Positions 40,766 to 49,918 of a DNA stretch of 64,000 nucleotides are shown in pieces. Below the pieces are notes generated by a model that saw only the letters and a program-made list of their open reading frames with translations, was not told where the DNA came from and searched no databases. A program made the translations under genes and the position numbers. The number at the start of each line of letters is the position of its first letter. The stretch's first letter is position 1. This DNA comes from Allosphingosinicella sp. (lineage in GTDB: Bacteria; Pseudomonadota; Alphaproteobacteria; Sphingomonadales; Sphingomonadaceae): positions 8,773 to 72,772 of the forward strand of contig DASZDE010000073.1 in NCBI GenBank assembly GCA_035942355.1, given 5' to 3'.

Positions 40766-41067
40766 TGCGCGCGAAGGGTTTGGCCGGCGTGCGGCCATGC
40801 TCTGCCTCAACTGGACAAGCATCAGCCGCGCCGATCGGCGGGGCATTGCGGAGGTGCGCACGCAATCATCTCGAATTCCTAGATTTGGCGAACGAGCGCT
40901 GGCTCGGCCGCTGCCTGGTGCCCTCCATTGACCGCCTGGTAGCCGCCCGATCCGGCAGCGTCATGATCGGCGCGTCCTAAATGACCGCCGCTGCTGCAAA
41001 TCGGCTCCGGTTACGATCTACATGCATTTTCGAGCGACAAAGCTGTTGGAAGGGCGGGCAGATCGGA

Positions 41068-41119
41068 TGAACGGCCCGATGAACAGGCTATTCAAAGCCG
41101 GTTCAATGTCGGCGGTTCA
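41068..41119. promoter_or_regulatory. Cluster of TGAA/TTCA half-sites
   Basis: TGAAC at 41068 and 41080; TTCA at 41091, 41102 and 41116; roughly one helical turn apart. Confidence 0.35.
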
Positions 41120-41157
41120 TATGCGGGTGTAACGCGACGGAATGAAGGATTCGGCCC

Positions 41158-41183
41158 GGAACGGCCTCGATCCCAGCTTCGTT
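41158..41183 (+). promoter_or_regulatory. EcfG (general stress sigma) promoter
   Basis: GGAAC-N17-CGTT, 27 nt before ATG 41211. Confidence 0.7.
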
Positions 41184-41210
41184 CCTGTCGCATGCAAAGG
41201 AGTTCAGGTC

Positions 41211-42545
41211 ATGCGTAAGATGCTATTGCTCGCCAGCGCCGCCGCCATGGCGATTTCGCTGCCCGCCGACGCGAGCGGCCAGGATCGCCGCGATCGCGAC
41301 GCCCCGCGGGGCCAGGCCAAGGCCGCCGCCAAAGCCAGGGCCAATGCGCGCGAGGCCAATGTCAGGGCCGAGGCGCGCGGCGACAACCGCGCCCGGACCG
41401 CGGTCCGCGCCAGGGCGAAAGCCGACACGCGTGCCGAGGTCCGCCGCGACGACGCGCAGGACAAGCGCGCCCAGCAGCGCCGCCGCGACGCCGCCAATGA
41501 TCGCGACGCGCAGGAGCAGCGCCAGCGGTCGGCGGCGCGGGAGCGCAGGGCGCAGGAGGAGCGTCAGCAGGCGGCGCAGGAGCAGCGCCGGCAGGCCGCG
41601 GTTCGCGACCGGGCCCAGGACCGGCGCGCCGCGGACCAGCGCCAGGACGCGCTCGCCCGCGAGAATTTCCGCGACCGGATGGCGCGCGAGCAGCGCCAGG
41701 ACAAGCTGGCGCGGGAGAATTTCCAGGATCGGATGGCGCGCGAGCAGCGCGAGGACGTGCTCGCCCGGCAGCGCTTCCAGAACCGGCTGCAGGAGCAGCG
41801 CCTCGACGCTCGCGTCCGCCAGCGGCTGAGCGTGTCGCGCGACCCGCGCTATGCCGCCACGATCCGCGCCCGCCAGCGCGACCGGTGGCTCGCCGCGCAG
41901 CAGCGCTTCCGGGCGGAGCAGGCACGCCGCCTGCGCCTCGCCGCCATCCGCGACGCCGCCCCCCTCCGCTACGCCTACCGGCAGAACCCGCGCTATCGGC
42001 AGCTGGCGGCTTATTATGGCGTCGGCCGGAACTTCCCGCTGTCGACCTACCGCAGCTACAATGTGCCGCTTCGCTTTCGGAGCATCTATTACGATACGCC
42101 GAACAGCTTCTACCGCTATGGCGACGGCTTCATATACCGGGTGAACCCCTATACCAACCTGGTGGCGGGCGCGATCCCGCTGTTCGGCGGCGCGTTCGCC
42201 GTCGGGCGGCCGATCCCGCTCGGCTATGACGTCTACAACGTGCCGCTCCAGTATCGCGACGTCTATTACGATACGCCGAGCAGCTTCTATCGCTACGGCG
42301 ACGGCGGCATCTACCGGGTGGACCCGACCACCGGCCTGATCGCCGGCGTGGTGGCGCTGCTGGCCGGCGACTTCACGGTCGGCAGCCCGCTGCCGGTCGG
42401 CTATGGCGCCTACAATCTGCCGCTCCAGTATCGCGACCATTATGTCGATGGTCCGGACTATCTGTACCGGTATAATGACGGCTACATCTATCAGGTCGAC
42501 GCCGAGACGATGCTGATCCACAGCGCGATCTCCGCTCTGGTCTGA
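41211..42545 (+). CDS. Secreted repeat protein: Arg/Gln coiled coil plus three 59-aa Tyr-rich repeats
   Basis: Signal peptide; three 18-aa LARENF.DRM units; three YNVPL...YRYGDG.IYRVDP.T.LI units. Confidence 0.8.
   Translation: MRKMLLLASAAAMAISLPADASGQDRRDRDAPRGQAKAAAKARANAREANVRAEARGDNRARTAVRARAKADTRAEVRRDDAQDKRAQQRRRDAANDRDAQEQRQRSAARERRAQEERQQAAQEQRRQAAVRDRAQDRRAADQRQDALARENFRDRMAREQRQDKLARENFQDRMAREQREDVLARQRFQNRLQEQRLDARVRQRLSVSRDPRYAATIRARQRDRWLAAQQRFRAEQARRLRLAAIRDAAPLRYAYRQNPRYRQLAAYYGVGRNFPLSTYRSYNVPLRFRSIYYDTPNSFYRYGDGFIYRVNPYTNLVAGAIPLFGGAFAVGRPIPLGYDVYNVPLQYRDVYYDTPSSFYRYGDGGIYRVDPTTGLIAGVVALLAGDFTVGSPLPVGYGAYNLPLQYRDHYVDGPDYLYRYNDGYIYQVDAETMLIHSAISALV
41637..41798 (+). repeat. 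Intragenic tandem repeat, 3 x 54 nt
   Basis: CAGCGC(C/G)AGGAC starts at 41637, 41691 and 41745. Confidence 0.8.
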
Positions 42546-42562
42546 ACCTGCCGCGTCGAACG

Positions 42563-42590
42563 GGGGCCGCGCCGGAAGGCGCGGCCCCTT
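42563..42590 (+). terminator. Hairpin terminator candidate
   Basis: GGGGCCGCGCC-GGAA-GGCGCGGCCCC-TT, 18 nt after the stop; short U-tract. Confidence 0.55.
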
Positions 42591-42667
42591 CGGCTCCAGC
42601 GCTCATAACGCAACCGTCACGGGCGCTCGTGCGTAATCGGAGCGCATTCATCACAAGGAGTGTCGAG

Positions 42668-43300
42668 ATGGCTGTTCCACCGACTTTGAAAGCCATGGCC
42701 CTCGCCGCCGCGGCTGCGCTCGCGGCGTGCGGCGAGGCAGGTCAGGACGGCAACGAGGCCGCGCCCGCCAACCAGGCGGCAGCCGCGCCCGCAACCGGCG
42801 CCGGCGCCGGAGCGGCCGGCACGGCGGCCGCAAGCGGGGCCCAGATGCTCCCCGACAAGAGCATCGGCGAGAATCTGGCCGCGTCGCCCGATCATTCCAG
42901 CTTCGTCGCAGCGGTCAAAGCCGCCGGGCTCGCCGAGACGCTGACCGGGCCGACGCCTTATACATTGTTCGCGCCGGTCAATTCGGCGTTCCAGAAGCTG
43001 CCCGCCGGGACGATGGACAATCTCCTCAAGCCCGAAGGCAAAGGCCAGCTGACGGCGCTGATCACCTATCACGCGGTCCCGGGCGTGGTCGCCGCCGCCG
43101 ACCTGGCGCGCGCGGTCGACAGCGCCGGCGGGACTGCCGAGCTCGCCACGTTGGGCGGAACCAACCTCAAGGTCAGCAAGGCCGGAGATGCGCTTATCGT
43201 GACGGACGGCAAGGGCGGCCAGGCCCGGGTGACGCAGGCGGACATGGTCCAGTCGAATGGGGTCGTGCACGTGATCGATGCGGTGCTGATGCCGAATTGA
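42668..43300 (+). CDS. Fasciclin (FAS1) domain lipoprotein
   Basis: Lipobox LAAC; YTLFAPVNSAF, LITYHAVPG, SNGVVHVIDAVLMP. Confidence 0.92.
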   Translation: MAVPPTLKAMALAAAAALAACGEAGQDGNEAAPANQAAAAPATGAGAGAAGTAAASGAQMLPDKSIGENLAASPDHSSFVAAVKAAGLAETLTGPTPYTLFAPVNSAFQKLPAGTMDNLLKPEGKGQLTALITYHAVPGVVAAADLARAVDSAGGTAELATLGGTNLKVSKAGDALIVTDGKGGQARVTQADMVQSNGVVHVIDAVLMPN

Positions 43301-43327
43301 GGCCTTGGCGGCCGGACTTTCGTCCCG

Positions 43328-45304
43328 CTAGACGGCTTCGAATTCAAGGATCACGGCATCGACGGCGAGGCTGTCGCCCGGCTTCGCCTCGACCTTGCCG
43401 ACGATGGCCGCTTTTTCCGCCCTGAGGATGTTCTCCATCTTCATCGCCTCGACCACGGCAAGCGGCTGGCCGGCCTCCACCCGGTCCCCTTCCCCGACGT
43501 GGAGCGCGGTCAGCAGCCCGGGCATCGGGCACAACAGGTAGCGTGACAGATCGGGCGGAACCTTGTCGATCATGTGCGCGGCGAGATCGGCCTCACGCGG
43601 CGTCAGCACCCGCACCGCATATCGCGCGCCGCGGGTGGTGAGCCGCCAGCCGAGGGTCGTGCGCTCGACCCCGACTGTGAGCCTTTCGCCGCCGATGGTG
43701 GCGCGAACCAGCCGCTGGCCCGGCGCGAAGCCGACCTCCACGGCCCACTCGTCATCCCCGACCCTGACGCAGTCCGCGGCTATGCCGACGGCGTAATCCA
43801 TCGCGCCGATCCGGACCACCCACTGGGTCGGCGCGTCACGCGGGGTCCCGAGCTGCCCGTCTATGCCGAGCGCCCGCGCCGCCGTCGCGGCCGAGAGCAG
43901 GCCGGCCAGCGCCGCCAGCCGCGCCGTCAGCCGCGCGTCGGGCGGCGCGCCGTGGAAGCCGTCCGGATATTCCTCGGCGATGAAGCCGGTCGTGAGGCGG
44001 CCCTCCCGGAAGCGCGGGTGCTGCATCAGCGCCGACAGGAAATCGACATTGTGACCGATGCCGTCGATGAGGAAACCGTCGAGCGCCTCGATCTGGCGGT
44101 CGATCGCCTCATCCCTCGTCGCGCCCCAGGTGATCAGCTTGGCGATCATCGGATCGTAGAACATCGAGACTTCGCCGCCCTCGAACGCGCCGTCGTCCAC
44201 GCGAACGCCCGGCTCCTCCGCCGGCGGTCGGTAGCGGATCAGCCGGCCGGTGGACGGAAGGAAGCCGCGATACGGGTCCTCCGCATAGATCCGGCCTTCG
44301 ATCGCCCAGCCGTCGAGCCTGACCTCCTCCTGCACCAAGCCGAGCTCTTCGCCGGCGGCGACCCGGATCATCAGCTCGACCAGGTCGAGCCCGGTAACGC
44401 ATTCGGTCACCGGATGCTCGACCTGCAGGCGGGTGGTCATTTCGAGGAAGTAGAAGCTGCGGTCGGCGGCGGTGATGAACTCGACCGTGCCGGCGGAGAA
44501 ATAGCCGACCGCCTGGGCGAGCGCGACCGCCTGCTCGCCCATCGCCTTGCGCATGTCGGGCGTGACGAACGGGGACGGGGCTTCCTCGACCACCTTCTGG
44601 TGGCGGCGTTGCACCGAGCATTCGCGCTCGCCGAGATAGACCATGTTGCCATGCTTGTCGCCGAGCAGCTGGATCTCGATGTGGCGCGGGCGCTCGATGA
44701 ACTTCTCGACGAGCACGCGTTCGTCGCCGAAGCTGGCAAGGCCTTCGCGGCGGACGCTGTCGAAGGTCTCGCGGACCTCTTTTTCCGACCCGGCGACCCG
44801 CATGCCCTTGCCGCCGCCGCCCGCCGACGCCTTCATCATCACCGGATAACCGATGCCGGCGGCGATCTCGACCGCATGATCGGTGTCTCTTATCTCGCCG
44901 ATGCAGCCGGGCACGACGCTTACGCCTGCCTTTTGCGCGATCTTCTTCGATTCGATCTTGTCGCCCATCGCCGCGATCGCGCCCGGCGGGGGGCCGATGA
45001 AGGCGATCTTCTCCTTGGCGAGCGCCTTGGCGAAGCTCTCGCGCTCGCTCAGGAAGCCGTAGCCCGGATGCACCGCCTCCGCGCCGGTCTCCCTGCAAGC
45101 GAGGATGATGAGGTCGGCACGCAAATAACTTTCGCTTGCCGGCGGCGGTCCCAGTCGCACCGCTTCGTCGGCCAGCTCCACATGCGGCGCCCGCGCATCG
45201 GCGTCCGAATAGACAGCGACCGTCGCGATCCCCATCCTTCGCGCGGTGCGGATGACGCGGCAGGCGATCTCACCGCGATTGGCGATCAGTAATTTAGCGA
45301 ACAT
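43328..45304 (-). CDS. pccA: Propionyl-CoA carboxylase alpha subunit (biotin carboxylase plus BCCP)
   Basis: LLIANRGEIACRV, HPGYGFLSE, KASAGGGGKGMR, RLQVEHPVTE, EAMKME. Confidence 0.93.
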   Translation of the reverse strand: MFAKLLIANRGEIACRVIRTARRMGIATVAVYSDADARAPHVELADEAVRLGPPPASESYLRADLIILACRETGAEAVHPGYGFLSERESFAKALAKEKIAFIGPPPGAIAAMGDKIESKKIAQKAGVSVVPGCIGEIRDTDHAVEIAAGIGYPVMMKASAGGGGKGMRVAGSEKEVRETFDSVRREGLASFGDERVLVEKFIERPRHIEIQLLGDKHGNMVYLGERECSVQRRHQKVVEEAPSPFVTPDMRKAMGEQAVALAQAVGYFSAGTVEFITAADRSFYFLEMTTRLQVEHPVTECVTGLDLVELMIRVAAGEELGLVQEEVRLDGWAIEGRIYAEDPYRGFLPSTGRLIRYRPPAEEPGVRVDDGAFEGGEVSMFYDPMIAKLITWGATRDEAIDRQIEALDGFLIDGIGHNVDFLSALMQHPRFREGRLTTGFIAEEYPDGFHGAPPDARLTARLAALAGLLSAATAARALGIDGQLGTPRDAPTQWVVRIGAMDYAVGIAADCVRVGDDEWAVEVGFAPGQRLVRATIGGERLTVGVERTTLGWRLTTRGARYAVRVLTPREADLAAHMIDKVPPDLSRYLLCPMPGLLTALHVGEGDRVEAGQPLAVVEAMKMENILRAEKAAIVGKVEAKPGDSLAVDAVILEFEAV

Positions 45305-45341
45305 GCTGACTCTCTAGGCCCCGGTGGCCGATTGGTTCGGC

Positions 45342-45887
45342 TCATTTTGCTTCCTGCCCGAAGCCGGGGCCGCTCTGCAAAGACAAGTCTATCTGCTGGC
45401 CTCCCGGCTCCGCATGAAGCCGGTAGAGGCTGACCGGCGCGCCACCAGGCGCCGCCCATGTCCAGGACAGGCTGGTCCCTTTCGAGCTGGCGGTTGGCGC
45501 GCTCCCCAACTGACGAGCCAGCATGGCCTCTACGGAGGCTCGAAGCGCTTGCTCATCCACGGCGCCGCGCGTCAAAGTCGTCAAATTACATTGTGGCAGC
45601 GGAAGAGCGCTCTGCCCGGGTATCCGACGAATATAATTGAGTTCGCCGTGCACCGAGGACCAATTCGAGCGGAAGCCCTCCAGAGTCGCGGCTTCGCTTC
45701 GATAGCCCCACGCTGACGCTTTCAATGCTTCCTGCAACGCAGCCAGGCTCTGCAGCCCCGTGAAGCAAATTTTCTCAAATTCCGCGACCGCTTCTTCCTC
45801 GGTCACCGGCACTAAACGAATTTGCGCCGGTGTGCGTCCATCCGAAAGGCTCTGCTGCAGCAGCAACGTAAGAAGCAGGAAATTCAC
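45342..45887 (-). CDS. Hypothetical secreted protein between scpA and pccA
   Basis: GTGA overlap with the scpA stop; hydrophobic N-terminus; visibly less GC-rich codons. Confidence 0.55.
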   Translation of the reverse strand: MNFLLLTLLLQQSLSDGRTPAQIRLVPVTEEEAVAEFEKICFTGLQSLAALQEALKASAWGYRSEAATLEGFRSNWSSVHGELNYIRRIPGQSALPLPQCNLTTLTRGAVDEQALRASVEAMLARQLGSAPTASSKGTSLSWTWAAPGGAPVSLYRLHAEPGGQQIDLSLQSGPGFGQEAK

Positions 45888-48205
45888 TCCGCCGCTTCCT
45901 CGAGCGGCGGCATGTTGTGGCCGAGCAGCTTGAGCACTTCGCCGGCCGCGTCGACCAGGTTGGTGCCGGGGCCGAAGATCGCCTGGACGCCCGCTTCGCG
46001 GAGCATGTCGTAATCCTGGGCGGGGATGACTCCGCCGACGACGACCTTGATGTCGGGCCGGCCCATGGCGCGGAGACGGCCGATCAGCTCGGGCACCAGC
46101 GTCTTGTGCCCGGCGGCGAGGCTGGAGGCGCCGACCATGTCGACGCCACGCTCGACGGCGAGGCGAGCGCTTTCCTCCGGAGTCTGGAACAGCGGCCCCG
46201 GCACGACTTCGAAGCCAAGATCGGCGAAGGCGGAGGCGACCAGGTTGGCGCCGCGGTCGTGGCCGTCCTGGCCCATCTTGGCGACCAGCATGCGCGGCTT
46301 GCGTCCGAGCCGACGGCCGATGGCCTCGACCCCCTGCTCGGCACGCTGCCAGCGCGGGTCGCCGCGATAGGCGCCGCCATAGATGCCGCTGACCGGCTGC
46401 GGGACGGTGTCGTAGCGGCCCCAGGCCTCCTCCAGCGCCAGGCTGATCTCGCCGAGCGTGGCGCGCGCGCGGGCGGCCTCAACCGCGAGAGCGAGGAGGT
46501 TCGTCTCCACCAACCGTTCGGGCTGAGCTTGTCGAAGCCCTTCACTTCCCTCCCGTTCGGCAGAAGAAAAGGAAGGCCCTTCGACAGGCTCAGGGCGAAC
46601 GGGTGAGCTGGCCGCTTCACGCAACGCGGCCAATGCGGCACGCGTGAGCGCTTCGTTCCTTTCCGCCCGGACCTTTTCGATCCGAGAGATCTGGCCCGAT
46701 CTCACCTTGTCGTTGTCGATCTGGAGGATGTCGTGATGCGCCTCCTCCTCGAGCCGGTAACGGTTGACGCCGACGATCACCGTCTCGCCCCGGTCGACTG
46801 CTGCGGCGCGGGCGGCGCTGGCTTCCTCGATCCGGCGCTTGGGCATGCCGTCGGCCACCGCCTTCGTCATGCCGCCCATCGCCTCGACTTCCTCGATCAG
46901 CGCCCACGCCTGGTCGGCGAGCGCCTGGGTCAGGGCCTCCACATAATAGGAGCCGCCGAGCGGGTCGGCGACGTTGGCGATGCCGGTCTCCTCGGCCAGC
47001 ACCAGCTGTGTGTTGCGCGCGATGCGGGCGGAGAAGTCGGTCGGCAGCGCGATCGCCTCGTCGAAGCTGTTGGTGTGGAGCGACTGCGTCCCGCCCAGCA
47101 CGGCCGCCATGGCTTCCACCGTGGTGCGGATGATGTTGTTATAGGGGTCCTGCTCGGTCAGCGAAACGCCTGAGGTCTGGCAGTGGGTGCGCAGCATCGT
47201 CGACTTCGTATTCTTCGTGCCGAAGCCGTCCATGATCCGGTGCCACAACAAACGCGCGGCCCGGAGTTTGGCGACCTCCATGAAGAAGTTCATGCCGATC
47301 CCGAAGAAAAAGGAGAGGCGCGGCGCGAACGCGTCCACGTCGAGCCCCTTCGCCAAAGCGGTGCGGACATATTCCATGCCGTCGGCGAGCGTGAAGGCGA
47401 GCTCCTGCACCGCCGTCGCGCCCGCTTCCTGCATATGGTAGCCGCTGATCGAGATCGAGTTGAACTTCGGCATGTTGGCCGAAGTGTAGGCGATGATGTC
47501 GGCGACGATCCGCATCGAGGGTTCGGGCGGATAGATGTAGGTGTTGCGGACCGCGAACTCCTTCAAAATGTCGTTCTGGATGGTGCCGGTCAGCTGCGCC
47601 TGCGCGACTCCCTGCTCCTCGGCGGCGACAATGTAGAAAGCGAGCACCGGCAGCACCGCGCCGTTCATCGTCATCGACACCGACATCTCGCCCAGGGGAA
47701 TGCCGTCGAACAGGATCTTCATGTCGTCGAGCGTGTCGATCGCGACGCCCGCCTTGCCGACGTCGCCGGCCACGCGGGGATGATCGGAATCGTAGCCGCG
47801 ATGGGTGGCGAGGTCGAACGCGACCGACAGGCCCTTCTGCCCGGCGGCGAGGTTGCGGCGATAGAAAGCGTTCGAATCCTCGGCGGTGGAGAAGCCGGCA
47901 TATTGGCGGATCGTCCAGGGCCGGCCGGTATACATCGAGGCGTAGGGCCCGCGGGTGAACGGTGCGAAGCCCGGGAGACCGGGTTCGAGATCCGCGGTAT
48001 CCTCGGCGGTGTAGAGCGGTTTGACCGCAAGGCCCTCGGGCGTGTGCCAGCTGAGGTCCTTGCCCTTCACTTCCCTGGCGGCGGCGGCTTGCCAGTCGGC
48101 GAGGGTCGGCCGCGCGGGCGCGGGATCGGAGGGGCGCCTCTGTACCGGCGCTGCACCGGAATCTTCGCCTCTATTCTGTTCGATCGTCGGCTTGTCAGAC
48201 ATCAC
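45884..48205 (-). CDS. scpA: Methylmalonyl-CoA mutase with repeat-derived insertion
   Basis: [46 protein letters not shown]12-binding [10 protein letters not shown]. Confidence 0.97.
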   Translation of the reverse strand: MMSDKPTIEQNRGEDSGAAPVQRRPSDPAPARPTLADWQAAAAREVKGKDLSWHTPEGLAVKPLYTAEDTADLEPGLPGFAPFTRGPYASMYTGRPWTIRQYAGFSTAEDSNAFYRRNLAAGQKGLSVAFDLATHRGYDSDHPRVAGDVGKAGVAIDTLDDMKILFDGIPLGEMSVSMTMNGAVLPVLAFYIVAAEEQGVAQAQLTGTIQNDILKEFAVRNTYIYPPEPSMRIVADIIAYTSANMPKFNSISISGYHMQEAGATAVQELAFTLADGMEYVRTALAKGLDVDAFAPRLSFFFGIGMNFFMEVAKLRAARLLWHRIMDGFGTKNTKSTMLRTHCQTSGVSLTEQDPYNNIIRTTVEAMAAVLGGTQSLHTNSFDEAIALPTDFSARIARNTQLVLAEETGIANVADPLGGSYYVEALTQALADQAWALIEEVEAMGGMTKAVADGMPKRRIEEASAARAAAVDRGETVIVGVNRYRLEEEAHHDILQIDNDKVRSGQISRIEKVRAERNEALTRAALAALREAASSPVRPEPVEGPSFSSAEREGSEGLRQAQPERLVETNLLALAVEAARARATLGEISLALEEAWGRYDTVPQPVSGIYGGAYRGDPRWQRAEQGVEAIGRRLGRKPRMLVAKMGQDGHDRGANLVASAFADLGFEVVPGPLFQTPEESARLAVERGVDMVGASSLAAGHKTLVPELIGRLRAMGRPDIKVVVGGVIPAQDYDMLREAGVQAIFGPGTNLVDAAGEVLKLLGHNMPPLEEAAE
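46514..46602. repeat. Palindromic RPE-like element, family B, inside scpA
   Basis: CCGTTCGGGCTGAGCTTGTCGAAGCC ... CCCTTCGACAGGCTCAGGGCGAACGG; arms nearly identical to 48210-48294. Confidence 0.9.
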
Positions 48206-48209
48206 ACAC

Positions 48210-48294
48210 CCGTTCGGGCTGAGCCCGTCGAAGCCCTGCCCTTCTCTTGCCGCCTAGGTGAAGGACAGCCCTTCGACAAGCTCAGGGCGAACGG
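48210..48294. repeat. Palindromic RPE-like element, family B, intergenic mce-scpA
   Basis: CCGTTCGGGCTGAGCCCGTCGAAGCCC ... CCCTTCGACAAGCTCAGGGCGAACGG. Confidence 0.9.
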
Positions 48295-48308
48295 AGCGGG
48301 TAGAGCGC

Positions 48309-48728
48309 TCAGTGCCCTTCCTTCGGGCTCTCCATCAACTCGACAAGAACGCCGCCCGTATCCTTTGGGTGCACGAACAGCACCGGAGTGCCGTGCGCGC
48401 CGATGCGCGGTTCGCCCAGCACCCGCGCGCCCTTCGCCTCCATTTCCGCTTTGGCCGCATGGATGTCCGGCACCTCGAAGCAGACATGATGCTGCCCGCC
48501 CGCCGGGTTCTTCTCGAGGAACCTGGCGATCGGCGAATCCTCGCCGAGCGGCTCCAGCAGCTCGATCTGGCTGTTCGGCGTATCGACGAAGCATACCCGC
48601 ACCTTCTGCGCCGGCAGGTCGAACGGCTCCCCGATCGCGGTCGCCCCGAGCAGGTCGCGATAGAGGGCGATGCTCTGCTCGATCGACGGCGTCGCCACCC
48701 CAACATGGTTGATGCGGCCAAGCGTCAT
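48309..48728 (-). CDS. mce: Methylmalonyl-CoA epimerase
   Basis: GRINHVGVAT, QIELLEPL, GGQHHVCFEV, FVHPKDTGGVLVEL. Confidence 0.95.
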   Translation of the reverse strand: MTLGRINHVGVATPSIEQSIALYRDLLGATAIGEPFDLPAQKVRVCFVDTPNSQIELLEPLGEDSPIARFLEKNPAGGQHHVCFEVPDIHAAKAEMEAKGARVLGEPRIGAHGTPVLFVHPKDTGGVLVELMESPKEGH

Positions 48729-48922
48729 TGAAGGGTCGCCTCAGTGATGCGCAATTCGACCTCGGCACAGGCGACGTCCAACTCGTGTTCGGCGATTAGC
48801 TCCTCTGTCACGTCACGCAGGAACGCGCTCAGAGACTGACCGCGCTTGGCAGCCTTCGCTTTCCATTCCGCCTTCACCTCGGCGGGAACGGAGAAGCGGA
48901 CACGCTCCGTATATCGGGCCAT
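48725..48922 (-). CDS. Small ribbon-helix-helix (CopG/MobC-like) protein
   Basis: RVRFSVPAEVKAEWKAKAAKRGQSLSAFLR; ATGA overlap with mce. Confidence 0.65.
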   Translation of the reverse strand: MARYTERVRFSVPAEVKAEWKAKAAKRGQSLSAFLRDVTEELIAEHELDVACAEVELRITEATLQ

Positions 48923-48925
48923 CTT

Positions 48926-49144
48926 CTAATCCCTTGGCAAGGCGCGGCGCGCGCGCGCGTCGGCTCTCGCCTCGTCTACGATGGTTTCAATCCGCACGAG
49001 CCTTTCGCTTACTTTCGCGATCGCCTCGCGCAACCCCGCGATGTCGCGGTCTTGACGTTCCAAGCTCTGCCCAAGCCGTTCGATATTCGACTGCATGAGG
49101 ATTATGTTCTTAAGCGCGCTCGCGGCATCGCCCAAGACGCTCAC
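48926..49144 (-). CDS. 72-aa coiled-coil hypothetical protein
   Basis: GTGA overlap with the upstream RHH gene; heptad pattern IERLGQSLERQDRDIAGLREAI...RLVRIETIV. Confidence 0.6.
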   Translation of the reverse strand: MSVLGDAASALKNIILMQSNIERLGQSLERQDRDIAGLREAIAKVSERLVRIETIVDEARADARARRALPRD

Positions 49145-49425
49145 GGGCGAACGCCCATCCGCTTCAAGAAGGCGTCGGTCTCGCTATGAGACCTGTCGAG
49201 CGTCTCCAGCATCCGGTCCAGGGAGGCGCGCATTTTGGGTATCGCTTCGTTCGCCTCTCTGACGAGCGCGGCGAGTTCGGCCTCCTCCTCCGCCGTGATG
49301 CGCTCCTCGTCGTTGACGATCTGACGGACATATTCGCTGCTCGACACGCCGCGATGGGCGGCACGCGCCTCCCATTCAGCCTTCTCATCCTCTTTGAGCA
49401 GCACGGTAAGCCTCGCAGTGCGCAT
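49141..49425 (-). CDS. RHH protein with acidic/coiled-coil C-terminal extension
   Basis: RLTVLLKEDEKAEWEARAAHRGVSSSEYVRQ; AAGGAG RBS. Confidence 0.7.
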   Translation of the reverse strand: MRTARLTVLLKEDEKAEWEARAAHRGVSSSEYVRQIVNDEERITAEEEAELAALVREANEAIPKMRASLDRMLETLDRSHSETDAFLKRMGVRP

Positions 49426-49438
49426 CGCTCGTTCTCCT

Positions 49439-49476
49439 TACAATGCGATTATAATGCTAAGCTCACGCCTGCTCAA
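49439..49476 (-). promoter_or_regulatory. sigma70 promoter with overlapping direct-repeat operator
   Basis: TTGAGC-N17-TATAAT on the minus strand; GCATTATA and GCATTGTA repeats 11 bp apart over the -10 region and start site. Confidence 0.7.
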
Positions 49477-49715
49477 GGTCGGTCAGCGATACCGAACATA
49501 AGGTCCAGCGAAATGAAGATCATGGTAGCGGCGCTCGCGATGTAGAAGAGGAGCAGCACCCGGAACGCGCCCGGACGCTCGTGCTGGAGAACATACGTGC
49601 GGCCGATCGGCAGCCTTCGCTCGCGCCGGGCGCGCTGAATGATCCACATGATCCACGGCACCGCCGCGAAGGTGATCAGGCCGACCAGCATGTCCTCAGA
49701 GCGGAGCGATGTCAT
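49473..49715 (-). CDS. Small two-TM membrane protein
   Basis: Two hydrophobic helices; ATGA overlap with the upstream ORF. Confidence 0.5.
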   Translation of the reverse strand: MTSLRSEDMLVGLITFAAVPWIMWIIQRARRERRLPIGRTYVLQHERPGAFRVLLLFYIASAATMIFISLDLMFGIADRP

Positions 49716-49918
49716 ACGCCTAAAATGCAAGAGATCAGTAGTAGGCTTTCGACGGCGATCACTAGTCCGAAGGTCCACTTAAGGTTAACGATCCTGTCGT
49801 CGTACGCTCTGCAGTAAACGCAATGTGTTGCAAACGCCTCGTTCGTGGTGCGTCCGCAGTGAAAGCACTCTTTTCCCCATTTATCGAGCAGGTCCCGATC
49901 AGAGCGGAATGTTGTCAT
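49712..49918 (-). CDS. Small CxxC-CxxC protein with C-terminal TM helix
   Basis: CFHC...CVYC then [19 protein letters not shown]; start overlaps the pccB 3' end and is uncertain. Confidence 0.45.
   Translation of the reverse strand: MTTFRSDRDLLDKWGKECFHCGRTTNEAFATHCVYCRAYDDRIVNLKWTFGLVIAVESLLLISCILGV

Noticed and set aside
42612-42637. GCAAC-N17-CGTA as an ECF promoter for the fasciclin gene
   Set aside because: Plausible, but I cannot assign a sigma factor or exclude chance from sequence alone
48725-49918. Prophage or integrative-element remnant
   Set aside because: No integrase, att-like repeat, relaxase or phage gene; only small ORFs
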